From the human T2T-CHM13v2.0 reference genome, Homo sapiens, in the NCBI RefSeq assembly GCF_009914755.1, contig NC_060934.1: 64,000 nucleotides of DNA, one strand, 5' to 3'. The notes beneath the pieces were generated by a model that ran no database searches, was not told the origin of the DNA, and worked only from the letters and a program-made list of their open reading frames with translations. Shown here in pieces: positions 14,710-26,840 of the stretch. Numbering within the stretch: position 1 is the stretch's first letter; each line of letters begins with the position of its first letter. A program made the position numbers and the translations under genes.

Positions 14710-16324
14710 CACCTGCCCCACCGACCCTAAGAGAATCAGAGCAAATGCTTGTTATTAGACATGAGCACTGAAGGCTCCAAGGACTACTGCGGCCACCGTT
14801 TCTCCACATGTGGAAAGAGTGAAGTGCTGGTACTGTGCTGTGTGACTTTAGGTGCTACCAAGCAGAGTATTAAACACAGAACTGCAGCACGTCCAAGTTC
14901 TCCCCTTTTCAGTACGTTCAATCCTGATTACCCACAGGAGAAACTTGCAGTTTAGTGCTTGCATTCTTCAACACCTCACTAAAACTCAACAGTTTCCCTT
15001 TTTAACAAAGAGATCAAGGTTTTGCCCACTAGAATTGAAAACAATATTTTAATTTTCATCTCTTTATGTGGTTTCTTACTTTCTATTTACGCCAGGTGAT
15101 AGTGGTTTTCCATTAAAGTAATGACATACAGATTTTAAAAGTAAATATAAGTAAATCAACTAAAAAAATCAATTTAAGAAGCACTTTAAAAAAAATGCAG
15201 GTGGTACTCGGACGTGACTAATATTATTCATTTCATAGGCAAGGAAATGGAGAATCAGGCAGGAATCCCCAAACCCCAGAGTGGTATAAGCTGACATTTA
15301 GGAAGAACACAGACGGCTGTCTCCCCTGAAAGCCAAACAGATACTCATGGGCCAGGTAAGTTCTCCCTTTCACATTTAGGACCCCCATTAACAAGAGTCT
15401 GCCTTTTGTGGTTGGTGTTTTCACCATTTTCATTTTAGCCAAGAAAAATAAGAACTTCTGGGGCCACTGATTGATCCCTTTAAATTGAGGGCAGAAAGCT
15501 GGCCATTTTTCAGAAGCGAAGAGCGTCAGTAGTGGTGTTAGGTATAACTAGAAGAGGGGGAAGAAGGGGCAAAAATAGAGGTGGGGCAAAGTGTAAACAG
15601 GAAATAGAAGACACAAAGCCAAACCAGCTTGAACATTTTTAAGGACTTGAAACTCCAGGGAGTGGTGGAAACAAACTCCAGATTGTTCCTGTCCTAAGTA
15701 AACACGGCAATGTGTCTCTTACAAAGCTCTGACCACAGCCACTCTTTGATACTGATAGAACTATTGCTTATTGAAACTACTATGATGATTTGCCCACTAA
15801 CCTCCACTGGGCCCTCAGTAGCTGCCAGGCACCTGGCTAAGACTGAACATCCTCTTGTCAATCCTCACAGGAAGACTTGAAGTGAAAATTGCAGGCTCTG
15901 GACTTGACTAGCCTGGGTTGGAAATCTGGCCCTGTAGAGCTGTGTCAGAGCAAATCAAATTCTTCCCTGAGCCTATTTCCTCATTCATTATACCCATTCT
16001 ACTAAATGCATGTAATAACTATTATACCTCTTAGATTTCAACATTAGACCATTTATCAGGGGTAGGAAGTAAGCAACCAATAACAATGTCACTTATTATT
16101 CACTGTTGGTATTATCAGTACCAGAAGGGCAAAGAAGCTTCTGAAGTTTGTCAACCTTAAATAATAAGATATAGAAAATATGACTAGCTATAGAGTTTAT
16201 TCAAGCCCAAAGCTTGAGGATGGCCACCCAGGAGCATAGATTCAAGTTTCCCTGAATGTATATGCTGAGTAGCAGCAATTAGAAGTGGGTTTTTGTTTCT
16301 GTGTTTTTTTGTTTTGTTTTGTTT

Positions 16325-16609
16325 TGAGATGGAGTCTCCCTTCGTTGCCCAGACTGGAATGCAGTGGTGTGATCTCAGCTTATTGCAAACTCCACCTCCT
16401 GGATTCAGGAGATTCTCCTGCCTCTGCCTCTGCCTCAGCCTCCCGAGTAGCTGGGATTACAGGCACCTGCCACCACGCCCGGCTAATTTTTATATTTTTA
16501 GTAGAGGCGAGGTTTCACCATGTTGCCCAGGCTGGTCTCGAACTCCTGACCTCAAGACCTCACCCTCCCAAAGTGCTGGGATTACAGGCGTGAGCCACCG
16601 CGCCCGGCC
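16325..16609 (-). mobile_element. Alu (AluS-like)
   Basis: Alu reverse complement with an internal (ctgcct) expansion and a small deletion. Confidence 0.93.
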
Positions 16610-16679
16610 CTGTCTTTTCTCAAGGTCACTTGGCCCAGTGTCACAGAGCTGAACCAAGATGGTTAGGCTGAGGGATAGG

Positions 16680-17200
16680 TCCCGAAGTGCTCAGATCTCC
16701 GGGCCTCAAGGCCCAGGCTGGGGTGGCACGGCAGGGGCTGATGGGGAGGTGCCCAGGCCGCCGGCGGATGCTCCCGGAAGATGCTCTAAGCTGCCGCTCC
16801 AGGTATCCCCTGGGCTGAGGCTACCTGGAGACGCCCACGGCAGTGACACACCAAGCGGGGTATGGCGAATCGTCAGGTCCGCAAAACCACCCAGTTCAGC
16901 AACTCATGGCTATGCCGAGCCCGCCGCGCTCAGCTCGGCCAGAAACAGCTCCTAGAGCCAGGGACTGGACCGCCCCCGCTGGCCTCTGGCAGGCAAACAG
17001 CCACCGGCCACGAAATAGATGGCCGCGAGGGCTTCCGGGAGCCGCGGGGCAGGCCGGGAGCCGGGCCGCACAGCCAATGCCCGCGCGGGGGCCGTCGGTA
17101 GTTACCCGGCAACGAGGTGGACGCCCAGTAGAGGGAGCGGAGCCAGTAGGGCTGGAAGAACTGGCAAGAAAGCCCTAGAGAGAGGCGACCTGCCAATTTT
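16680..17200. promoter_or_regulatory. Orphan CpG island / candidate promoter or enhancer
   Basis: High GC and CpG density in non-repeat DNA; GC box (ccgccccc ~16970), CCAAT 17074-17078, X-box GTTACCCGGCAAC 17101-17113. Confidence 0.75.
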
Positions 17201-17594
17201 GGAAGCGGCTTTTTGTTTTGTCCCCAGATCACTCATTCCTACCTGGTCTTGGAGGAAGATCGTCAAGGCAAATGATAAGAAACAGAAATAAACCAGGGGA
17301 ACAAATAATGATAAAAAAGATACTCATATTTGTTGAGCACTTACTGTCGGCCTGGCTCTTTGCAAGGATTACTTAATTTGATCATCTGATTTTGCTGTCC
17401 CAAGTTGTAAATGAGAAAATAGGAGTTTAGACAGATTAAGCATCTTGGCCAAACTACCTCAAACTAGGGAGTGTCAGAGCTGGAATTTGAACTTGGGTGG
17501 GCATGAACTCAGGTGGCTTGAGTTCTTAATGAGTCAAACCGTGGACACTCATTTCAGTTCAGCAAACCTAAATCTGTGTTCCTACTAGGCCATG

Positions 17595-17790
17595 CAGGGC
17601 CAATCCAGGTTTTATGGGGTCTGAAGCTTAGACAATGTTGGGGGGGGGGGTCCTCTTTTGGAAAAAAGAATAAAAAATTACAAATATAAAGTTAGGTACA
17701 AAAATGAACTTAGAATGTAAAAAGAAATCATAACAAAATATTTTTGCTAATTTTACAAAAATATACGACCATATGAATGCATAGCTAGGG
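17595..17790. mobile_element. MER45-like hAT relic
   Basis: cagggccaatccaggttttatggggtctgaagctta...aaaaattacaaatataaa. Confidence 0.6.
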
Positions 17791-17799
17791 ACTCAACGA

Positions 17800-18490
17800 A
17801 GCCGTCTTTGACCCTTAGCTTCCCTTGAAATCCTTCAGTCAGATGTCAAACTACCTTGCAAGCTTCTCTGCGGTTCTCCTCCCACCCTGTCTCCCAGCCA
17901 AAGGACCTGAGACCCTAGCAACAGGCTTAATAGGGCTTTTCTGGCCATAGGAGCGATTTTAGCCTGAGTCAACTTGAGTGCCAGAGGGTGAATGCCCTCA
18001 GAAGCAGCTCCCAAATACTGATGAACAGGGAGTTGGTGGATAAATTCCCTAGCTTCCTCATCCCTCAAGTGAGATCATGCTGAGACACTTTGTGGTTCTT
18101 AGGGTGTAGTCCCAAACCAGCAGCAAACTGTACCACTTGAGAACTAGTTAGAAATGCAAATTCTTAGCCTACTACTACCCTGTACCTACTGAATCTAAAA
18201 TTGTAGGGGCTGGGGCCCAGTCATTGGTGTTTTAACAAGCCCTCCTAGTGAGTCTGTGCTGAAGTTTGAGAACGACTGTTCTGCTAGGCTGTTCCCCAGA
18301 GCTCCCTTATGGGCTTGAGCTCCCGTTGTCTACAATGGTAACCTGCTTGATAACACATCTTTTTTTGGTCTCCTTCCCTTTCTTGTCTCACTTCCTCATT
18401 CTTCAGCTGGAGCTTCCTGAATTCACTTCTAATAAACGACTTGCACTTTAATCCTTGTCTGGGATCAGCTTCTAGAGAAACACCACCTTA
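17800..18490 (+). mobile_element. ERVL LTR (LTR16-like) interrupted by a MER5A-like element (~18090-18280)
   Basis: LTR16-type 3' end aataaacgacttgcactttaatccttgtct; MER5A motifs agaaatgcaaattctt...ttttaacaagccctcc...aagtttgagaac. Confidence 0.65.
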
Positions 18491-18793
18491 GATGAGAACA
18501 ACTAGGGGAGGTGTCATTGCCCAGTGAGGAGGAGGACGATGGCTGGCTTCAGGGAGGACCAAATGCTCTGCCAAATGCTTTGCTCTCATTGTCTGCTTCA
18601 CCCTCACAATGCCTCAGTTGAGAGGGAGATGTTGCCCCCCAACGGGGAAACTAGGGTTTGGAGGATTTAAGTGGCTTGCCCAAGAATTTGAATCCAGGTC
18701 TGAGTCCAAAAGGTGAGCTCCTTACCAGTGAGGGCAGAGGGCCAGCCCATGTTTTGCTCTCTTGTCATTCCTCCTCTTCTCAGAGCAGGCAAG

Positions 18794-19306
18794 CGTTAAA
18801 TGAAAATTGTAGGAGGCCATTGTTTTGGACTAAGTTTCTGAATTAGGCCCCAGCAGACCAGGCTAAAAATCCAAAGGGAGTCACCCATGCTAAAGTTCCA
18901 TGGCACTAAACCCAAACTAAGTAGTTACCTGAAAAGAGGTAACAGCCAATGTCCCAAACAGGCCAGTTCAAATCTCAATGGTCACAAGAGTGAATCCCCT
19001 CTGCTTTATTCCTTATATGAAAGAAGTAGCGTTGAGTAACCTGATGCTAATGAATCAGTTGTTTTTCTATCATTCTGTCTCCCTGTCCCCACCTCGTGAG
19101 GGAAGTGGCTCTGAAGCAACTAATAGGCTCTTTGTTCTTCTCTTCTGTTTCCTTCAGCCCTCTCTGTCTATAAAACCAACTCCCTCTGCTCAGCTTATCA
19201 GAACACTTATTCTATTTTATGGAATGAAGTGTTGCCAGATTCTATAATTGCAATAAAGCCATTTGAGATCTTTAAGCTAAATTTCTTATCATTTTGTCTT
19301 TTGATA
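18794..19306 (+). mobile_element. ERV1 (MER4-group-like) solo LTR
   Basis: gttaaatgaaaattgtaggaggccattgttttggactaag start; TATA (ctataaaa ~19168), AATAAA ~19252; 4-bp TSD-like caag/cagg. Confidence 0.8.
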
Positions 19307-20664
19307 CAGGGATCCAGTTTTGTTGTGAGGAGTGCTATAGGCTGGACACTTTGGAAAAATCCCGAGTGCACTTTGTGGACACTGCTGGCCTGAAATAGTG
19401 GGGCACACTGGCCTGAGAGCTCCCTGGCTCCCAGTGCCTAAGGTCCTTTACCCCATACTCCCTCAAGGTCCATCCCTATACCCTCCAGCCCACAGCATGT
19501 GACCAAGCATGTGCCCCTTAACCTGGAGCTGGAACCCTTCCTTTCACAGATACCTGGAAATTGAGCCAGATCTGCATCCGAGGGACACTAGAAGGGATGG
19601 GGAGGAGCGCTTACCCCTGAACTCTGTTTTGTCTCATGTTTGGAGGCCCAAGGTCATTTGGTTCTTCAGATTTCCAGCAAACTATAGCTCTCACTCCCTT
19701 CCCGCATGCCCTCACCCCACGGCTTTTACACTTAAGAGGAATGGCCCTGCCTTCTCTGGGCCCACAGCTCCTGTGGCTTGAGGTTCCAGCCGTCTTGTTA
19801 ACAATTTTTCTCCCTGCGATGTAGGAATGATGGCTGTGTTAACAGGTCGGGGGGCGGTTGGGGAGACACTAACAAGATGATAAACCTTGGTATTTGGCTC
19901 TGCTGCTGACTTTGAGCGAGTCCTTTTTTACCTCTCAGAGCCTTATTTTTCTCATCTGTAAAGTGGGGAGTCCTGCTCCCCTCCCCTGAGGTTGTTCTAA
20001 TGAGGCCGTGCTCATAGTAGGTAAATAATGTACACACACAACATGGGCATGCACAGCGATGGGTGCAGGTTGCAATTGGGACTTCCCTCTGTTCCCTCCA
20101 TCACAATTGATGAGGGACTTTGGGGCTGATCTTGACTTCTCCAGGATCCTGGTCTCCCAGTAGGTTGCTAGTGATGCTCAAAAGGTAGGGGTCTCTCCCC
20201 AGGACACTGCCAGCCTGCCCTTCTGGGAGGAAGGAGACAGAAAGGGTTACTTTGGCAATCACGAGGCTTAAGGATGCCCCAATGCTTCACCCTGTCCCAA
20301 ACCGACCCCCTACTCCCACCCCCAAGTCTAAAGTGGGTCCCTCTACAATAATCTCTCATCACGCCATTCATTCTTCCTTTGTGGCACTTATTATAAGTGC
20401 TAATTATTTATCAATATTTGTTTTTTTAAACAAAACTTTATTATGAAAAGTTTCCAACATTTACCAGAAAAACCCAAAACAGAACAGTATCACAGACTCC
20501 ATATACCTATCACCCAGCTTCAACAATGATCAACTCGAGGTCAATCTTGTTTTATCTCTACCCCTACTCACTCCTGCCTCCTAGTATTAATTTGAGGCAA
20601 CACATTTGTAAATGTTTTGGTAGGTATTGCTAAAAATAAGGGCTCTTGTATAAAACATAACCAC

Positions 20665-20920
20665 AAATACATGTCATTATACATTTATCCAAACCCACAG
20701 AATGTACAACACCAAGAGTGAACCCTAATGTGAGCTATGGACTTGGGGTGATGATGGTGTGTCAGTGCAGGCTCACTACTGTATCAAATGCTCTGCTCTG
20801 CTGGGGGATGTTGATACTGTGGCAGGCTGTGCACAACGTGGGGGCAGTCTCTGTACCATCTTCTCAATTTTCCTGTGAACTTAAAACTACTCTAAAAAAG
20901 TTAAGTCTTAAAAAATAAAA
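20665..20920 (+). mobile_element. L1MC 3' end
   Basis: tacatgtcattatacattt.tccaaacccacagaatgtacaacaccaagagtgaaccctaatgt...ctgtgaacttaaaactactctaaaa. Confidence 0.85.
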
Positions 20921-21070
20921 TCAAAAGAGCAAAGCTCCTGTTATTAAATCTAAAAAATGAACAATAATTCTTTGGTATGTGATTATTGTTAAATGTGTAT
21001 CTCCCTCCACTGGGTTGGGAGCCTCATGAGAGCTTGCGTGAGGCCTACTAGGTCCTTGGTGAGTAATTGT

Positions 21071-21121
21071 TGGATGGATGGATGGATGGGTGGATGAATG
21101 GATGGAAGGATGGATGGATGG
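21071..21121. repeat. (GGAT)n microsatellite (L2 tail-like)
   Basis: tggatggatggatggatgggtggatgaatggatggaaggatggatggatgg. Confidence 0.9.
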
Positions 21122-22894
21122 AGAAAAGGCAAAGGGAGCTGGGAGCCCACTTTGCTTTCCATGGATGCTGTCTGATCCCTTCAACACTGGGGTGTGATCA
21201 CTGCCTTGCAGGTCCACAGACTGTCTCATCCTCTTGGATGTGAGCACCACCATGGAGCTGAAAACCTTTCTCAGTTTTTTTCGCTCCTAACCTGCCTTCC
21301 ACAGAATCAGGCAAGTAGTCGCTAATCCTCTCCTGTTGGCTGCAGCCTGCTCCCACTGTGCAGCTAATTCCACCTTCCAACTTAATCATCATGCTTAGCA
21401 CTTTCAATAAGGGCTTTTCATCTTCAGAGCACTGCTCAGCCATTAGCTGATTACTGTAATCTGTCCAACTCCCAAGACGTCAACCAGCATGGCAATGAGA
21501 GGCTTCCCTTATTCTCTTGGAGACTCACTTTCCTCATCTGTAAAACTGGGTTAATATACCTAACTGGCATGGTCGGTGTAGGGTTTCAGTAAAATAAAGT
21601 CCAGAAAGTGTCTGGCACTGTCCTTTGACACCTAACAAGCCCTCAGTAATTGTTTATTATCTGTTTCCTGTATGGTGCAGAGGTTAACTCTCATTGGAGA
21701 GCCCAGAAAAATCTGGATTTGAATCCAGCTTCCTCCGCTTAAAGTTACATTTCCTGAGCCTCAGTTTTCTGATCTCTAAAATGGGGGTGATGGCACTGCC
21801 TCAGTTGGCTGAAAGATCAAATGATGTGACATATGTGTGTGATGTGCTGGGCACAATGTGAGTCACCTAGGAAGTCCTTCCTGGAAGGAAATGGAGGCAG
21901 GGAAGGAGAAGGAGGCTGTAGTGCTCCTTGGGAAGGTGCTAGATAATTCTTTTCTCCTTTGTCCCTCAAGATGTTTGAGGGGAAGAAAGATGCCTATTGT
22001 ACTCACCATTACAACCCCAGCCAACTACCCCCTTGCCCAGCTGTGTGCTCAAAAAAATAAGTAAAGGAATTCAGTGTGCTATGGGTGGAACTACATCTCA
22101 ACAGGACTGGAGAGTTTATAGAAGACTTTCAGATTTTTCTTTATCTCACAACCAGAGAAAGTAAACAGGCCAGGGATTATCCCCACATATTACAGACGAG
22201 GAAACTGAGGCTCAGAGAGAATAAACACAAGGCCTGCAAACGTTAAGAGCTAGAGCCACCCCATCCCAATTTGGATGCATCAGGAGACGTGTCTAAGCTT
22301 TGCCCTCCAGAGGAGCTAGGCCTCTGTCTCAGCTGGAGTTACAGGTCTTCTTGAGACCTTCTAAAGCTACAAGGATTCTGCCTGCTAGCCCTTCCTCTCA
22401 CCCTACCTGGTATGGGGCTGTATCCCAGTGCGCCTGTTTTTAGTTACTGAGAATTTCAACATCAGGGCAGCCATGAACAGCTGCTGTGGTTGTAACTGTG
22501 CAACTCTAGCAGAGGGATCTCATTCATCATAACAGCAATGAATCAGCAAAGAAGTTAAGTCCTCACCATAAAGTTGGGGGTGACTCTAGGAGGTGATAGA
22601 GGGCCCTCTCTATACACTGACTGGGCCTGGGTTAGGAGTCCTGTTCCAGGAACCAGGGCTCCTGGCATTCCCTGAATAGGCAGGGTCTGGCATCAGAGTG
22701 GCAGCATCAGGAGGCTGATCTCCGCCCTTCCTAGGGAGAAGCGTAGGAAGGACTTGGGAAGTGAACCGTAAGTTTCAAAATGTGAGGGAGTTAAGGAAAG
22801 GGAGCAAGACTCTGAGCTGGGTACTTCACGTGCGTTATTACCTATACTGTATCATATGTAAGCAATAATTTAATCTGATAATAAGACTCTTTGG

Positions 22895-23227
<333 letters not shown>

Positions 23228-23921
23228 TTACAGATGAATTAAATGGGGCACACAAAAGTTAATTAAGTTGCCCAAAGGGTGACACAGCAAGGAAGTGGCA
23301 CAGGTGGGATTCAAATTCAAGCCTACCTGACTCCAGGCCCCACAATGTTGCCTCTAGTTGTTACCTGCATTTTATAATAAGGAAGGCAGCCAAGGCCCAG
23401 AAATGGGCAGTGATTTTCCCAGAGTCACACAGCCAGCTAGTGGCTGGGCAGAGACTGAAACCAACAGTCCAGACTTCCAGTTCCAAAATGAGCCCATAAA
23501 AGTACCTGGCCCGTAGGAAATCTTCAAGTCGTATTTGTTTTTTCATTTGTTTTTCATTTTTGTTTTAGAGACAGGATCTCACTCTGTTGCCCAGACTGAA
23601 GTGCAGCGACACAAACATGGCTTACTACAGCCTTGACCTCCTGGGTCAGGTGATCCTCCTGCCTCGGCCTCCCAAAGTGCTGGAACTACAGGCATGAGCC
23701 ACTGCACCCAGCCATCCATTAATATTTGTGATAGAAACAAGGCTAGGGAGAATCCCTGGATGGCTGAGGATAGGGGAGCAGCGGGGAGGAGCAGATGGTA
23801 AAGAACAGGCCTTGCTGGAGACCACCAACCTGCTGCTTTTTTCTAGGAGTTGCCCTTTAGCCTTCCCTTCAAAGTAGGGCTTGGGGAGGTGACCCAGAGC
23901 TGGGAGGGGTGAGAGGTGTCG

Positions 23922-23950
23922 TGCAGCACTCGGCCTGCAGGTGGCGCCCC
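23922..23950 (+). promoter_or_regulatory. Candidate CTCF site with upstream motif
   Basis: TGCAGcactcgGCCTGCAGGTGGCGCccc fits the core CCnnnAGRKGGCGC preceded by TGCAG; CpGs retained. Confidence 0.6.
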
Positions 23951-24358
23951 ACACTGCAGTTCTGTACTCCCCCAGGGAATGGGAGCCTGCAGGGGATTTT
24001 CCTGTGGCTGGGCGGGGTGGGACCAGGGCAGTGGGTCTCTCACCAGCGTTTTCAGGATGCCCCTAGACAACAGCTCCCCTCTCACCCTGGCCGCCTATGC
24101 CTGGCTGTGGCTGTGGCAGCAGATGGCTGACAGGGCCCAGATGGGAACTCACACCTCAACTCCTTCCTCCCTGGTCATGCCCTCTGCAGGGCCCTGGGTG
24201 AGAAACCTCAGAAGGACTTGAGGTCATCCAGCTGCTTGACCTTGGCCAGTTTACTGAGCCTCTTGGATGCCTACTTTCTTCATCTGTAGAGCAGAAGTGG
24301 GTTTTATTTCCAGGGTACTGGGAGGATCAGATGGAACATTTATAAAATGCCTGGCCCA

Positions 24359-24831
<473 letters not shown>

Positions 24832-25129
24832 TCAGGATTATTCCCATGGACAGTGGCTGCCTGTCCTGATGTCACATCTGCCTGGCAGCTATCTCTTCTT
24901 AGTCTTTCCCACCTCACAATGGCAATCCATCACACCATGCCTTACCAGTCACCGCCAAGCTCTGTTATCCATGCCCTACAGACCTGGTACTGCCTGGAAG
25001 ACAATATAGAAGAGCAGTTAAGTGGAAGGCCCCAGTTCTCACCGTCTGTGTGCAAAACCTTGCCTCTGCGCCTTCCTGTGTGGCCTCGGTCGAGCGGCTC
25101 CCGTGTTGCAGATTCTTAGTGCTCAACAC

Positions 25130-25490
25130 TACATAGCACAGGCTCCTGGAAGCTAGGTTAGAGCCATGTGACTCACTAGCTCTGGCCAGGGAAATGGGGG
25201 AACAGGAGTGACGTGGGCATGTGTCACTCTAGGCCAAGGCAGGTAAGAGACTGTGGATTCCTCTACCCTTTCTTGCCCTGCCACAGTGACCTGTGTGTGG
25301 CCAAAGGGCCTTGTGTTTCCATGGTAAAGCACTAAGATAGAAGCACCCTAGATCCCCCAAGCCACTCTCAGAGGAAAGCCACCCCACCAGCATCGTGTTA
25401 TATATGAGCAAGAAGTAAACTTTTATTGCCACTGAGGCTTCAGGGTTTGTTTATACCACAGTGTAACCTAGGTTAATTTTACGGATGCAG
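25130..25490 (+). mobile_element. Old MaLR LTR (MLT1J/K-like)
   Basis: ttagagccatgtgact...tgagcaagaagtaaacttttattg...tttgtttataccacagtgtaaccta. Confidence 0.6.
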
Positions 25491-26591
25491 CCTCCCTGTG
25501 CCTCAATTTTCTCATCAGTGAAAATGGGGATAACAATAGCACTACTGTCATAGAGTTGTTGTGAGGGTTAAATGAGATCGTGGATGCAACCCTCTTAAGA
25601 TGTAAAAATCTTAGTTTTTATCATTCTATGGGAAGATACAGAACAGTATGAAATGATCCTACATGCTCAGAGCAAGCGGGGCCCTGGGAACTTGAACTCA
25701 CATTTCATGTTTAGATGAGGACACCAAGGCTTGGGGCAGAGGAGGGGATGCCTTGTTCAAGGTCATGCAGGCAAATGGTGGGAGAGTCAGGGCTGAATCC
25801 TGACTTTCTGAGCCCTGTCCAATGTATTTTCAGACACATTTTGGTCCCTGCCTTCTGGGAGCTCATGATCTAATTGGAAACAAGACAGACATACTGTGGA
25901 AAGATCATTCAAGATTCCATGCTATACCCAGATGCGAGAGTCATCCAGACAGTGAGGGTTCTGAGGGCCAGAGGAAGACAAGGACCTGGGGGGTCTGGGA
26001 AGTGGGCAGAAAAGGCTTCTGGGAGCTGATGGGATTTGAAGAACGGATTTCAGCAGAGAGGAGGAGTGGGCAGAGGGCAATGGTGGGGGAGACAACAGTA
26101 TAATCCCAGGCCAGGAGAAAGGGAGGTCAAGGAGCAGAATGGTCCATAGAACAGATAGATCAAAGCATGGTATGTTTAACCAGTTTGAGGGACAAGTAGA
26201 TTTCTTCCCCTTTTTGACCCCTATTATAAAGAGCACTGCACTAAACACCCCTCTATGTATCTGTGTATTTTGTCAGCTGAGATAGAGGTTTTCTAGAGAA
26301 GAGAGGTTGGGTTGTACCTGGAAAGGTATGGTGGTCTGATTTGCAGGAATGGTGTTGTAGGGTTTGGAAGGCTTTTGAATGTGAGTAATACAGAGATGGT
26401 TTGACTTAATTTTTCAGGCCAAGACCTCCCAGTTTCAATCATTTGCTTACCATATTTACCAATTTTGGCCTATTCATGTGACAACTATACTGTTAGTGAC
26501 CCAATTTAAATTTTAATCCCTCACTTTTAAACTCATACATTTATTTTAAAAGACTTTTTATCACCATCATATAATTTAGTTTGTTTGTTTT

Positions 26592-26840
26592 TTAGACAAA
26601 GTCTCGCTCTGTCGCCCAGGCTGGAGTGCATTGGTGAGATCTTGGCTCACTGCAAGCTCTGCCTCCTGGGTTCACACCATTCTCCCACCTCTGCCTCCTG
26701 AGTAGCTGGGACTACAGGCGCCTGCCACCACACCTGGCTAATTTTTTTTTTTGTATTTTTAGTAGAGATGGGGTTTCACCGTGTTAGCCAGGATGGTCTC
26801 GATCTCCTGACCTCGTGATCAGCCCGTCTCGGCCTCCCAG
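26592..26840 (-). mobile_element. Alu (AluY-like), 5'-truncated
   Basis: Diagnostic tgcaagctctgcc, gggttcacaccattctcc, gtgttagccaggatggtctcgatctcctgacctcgtgatc. Confidence 0.92.
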
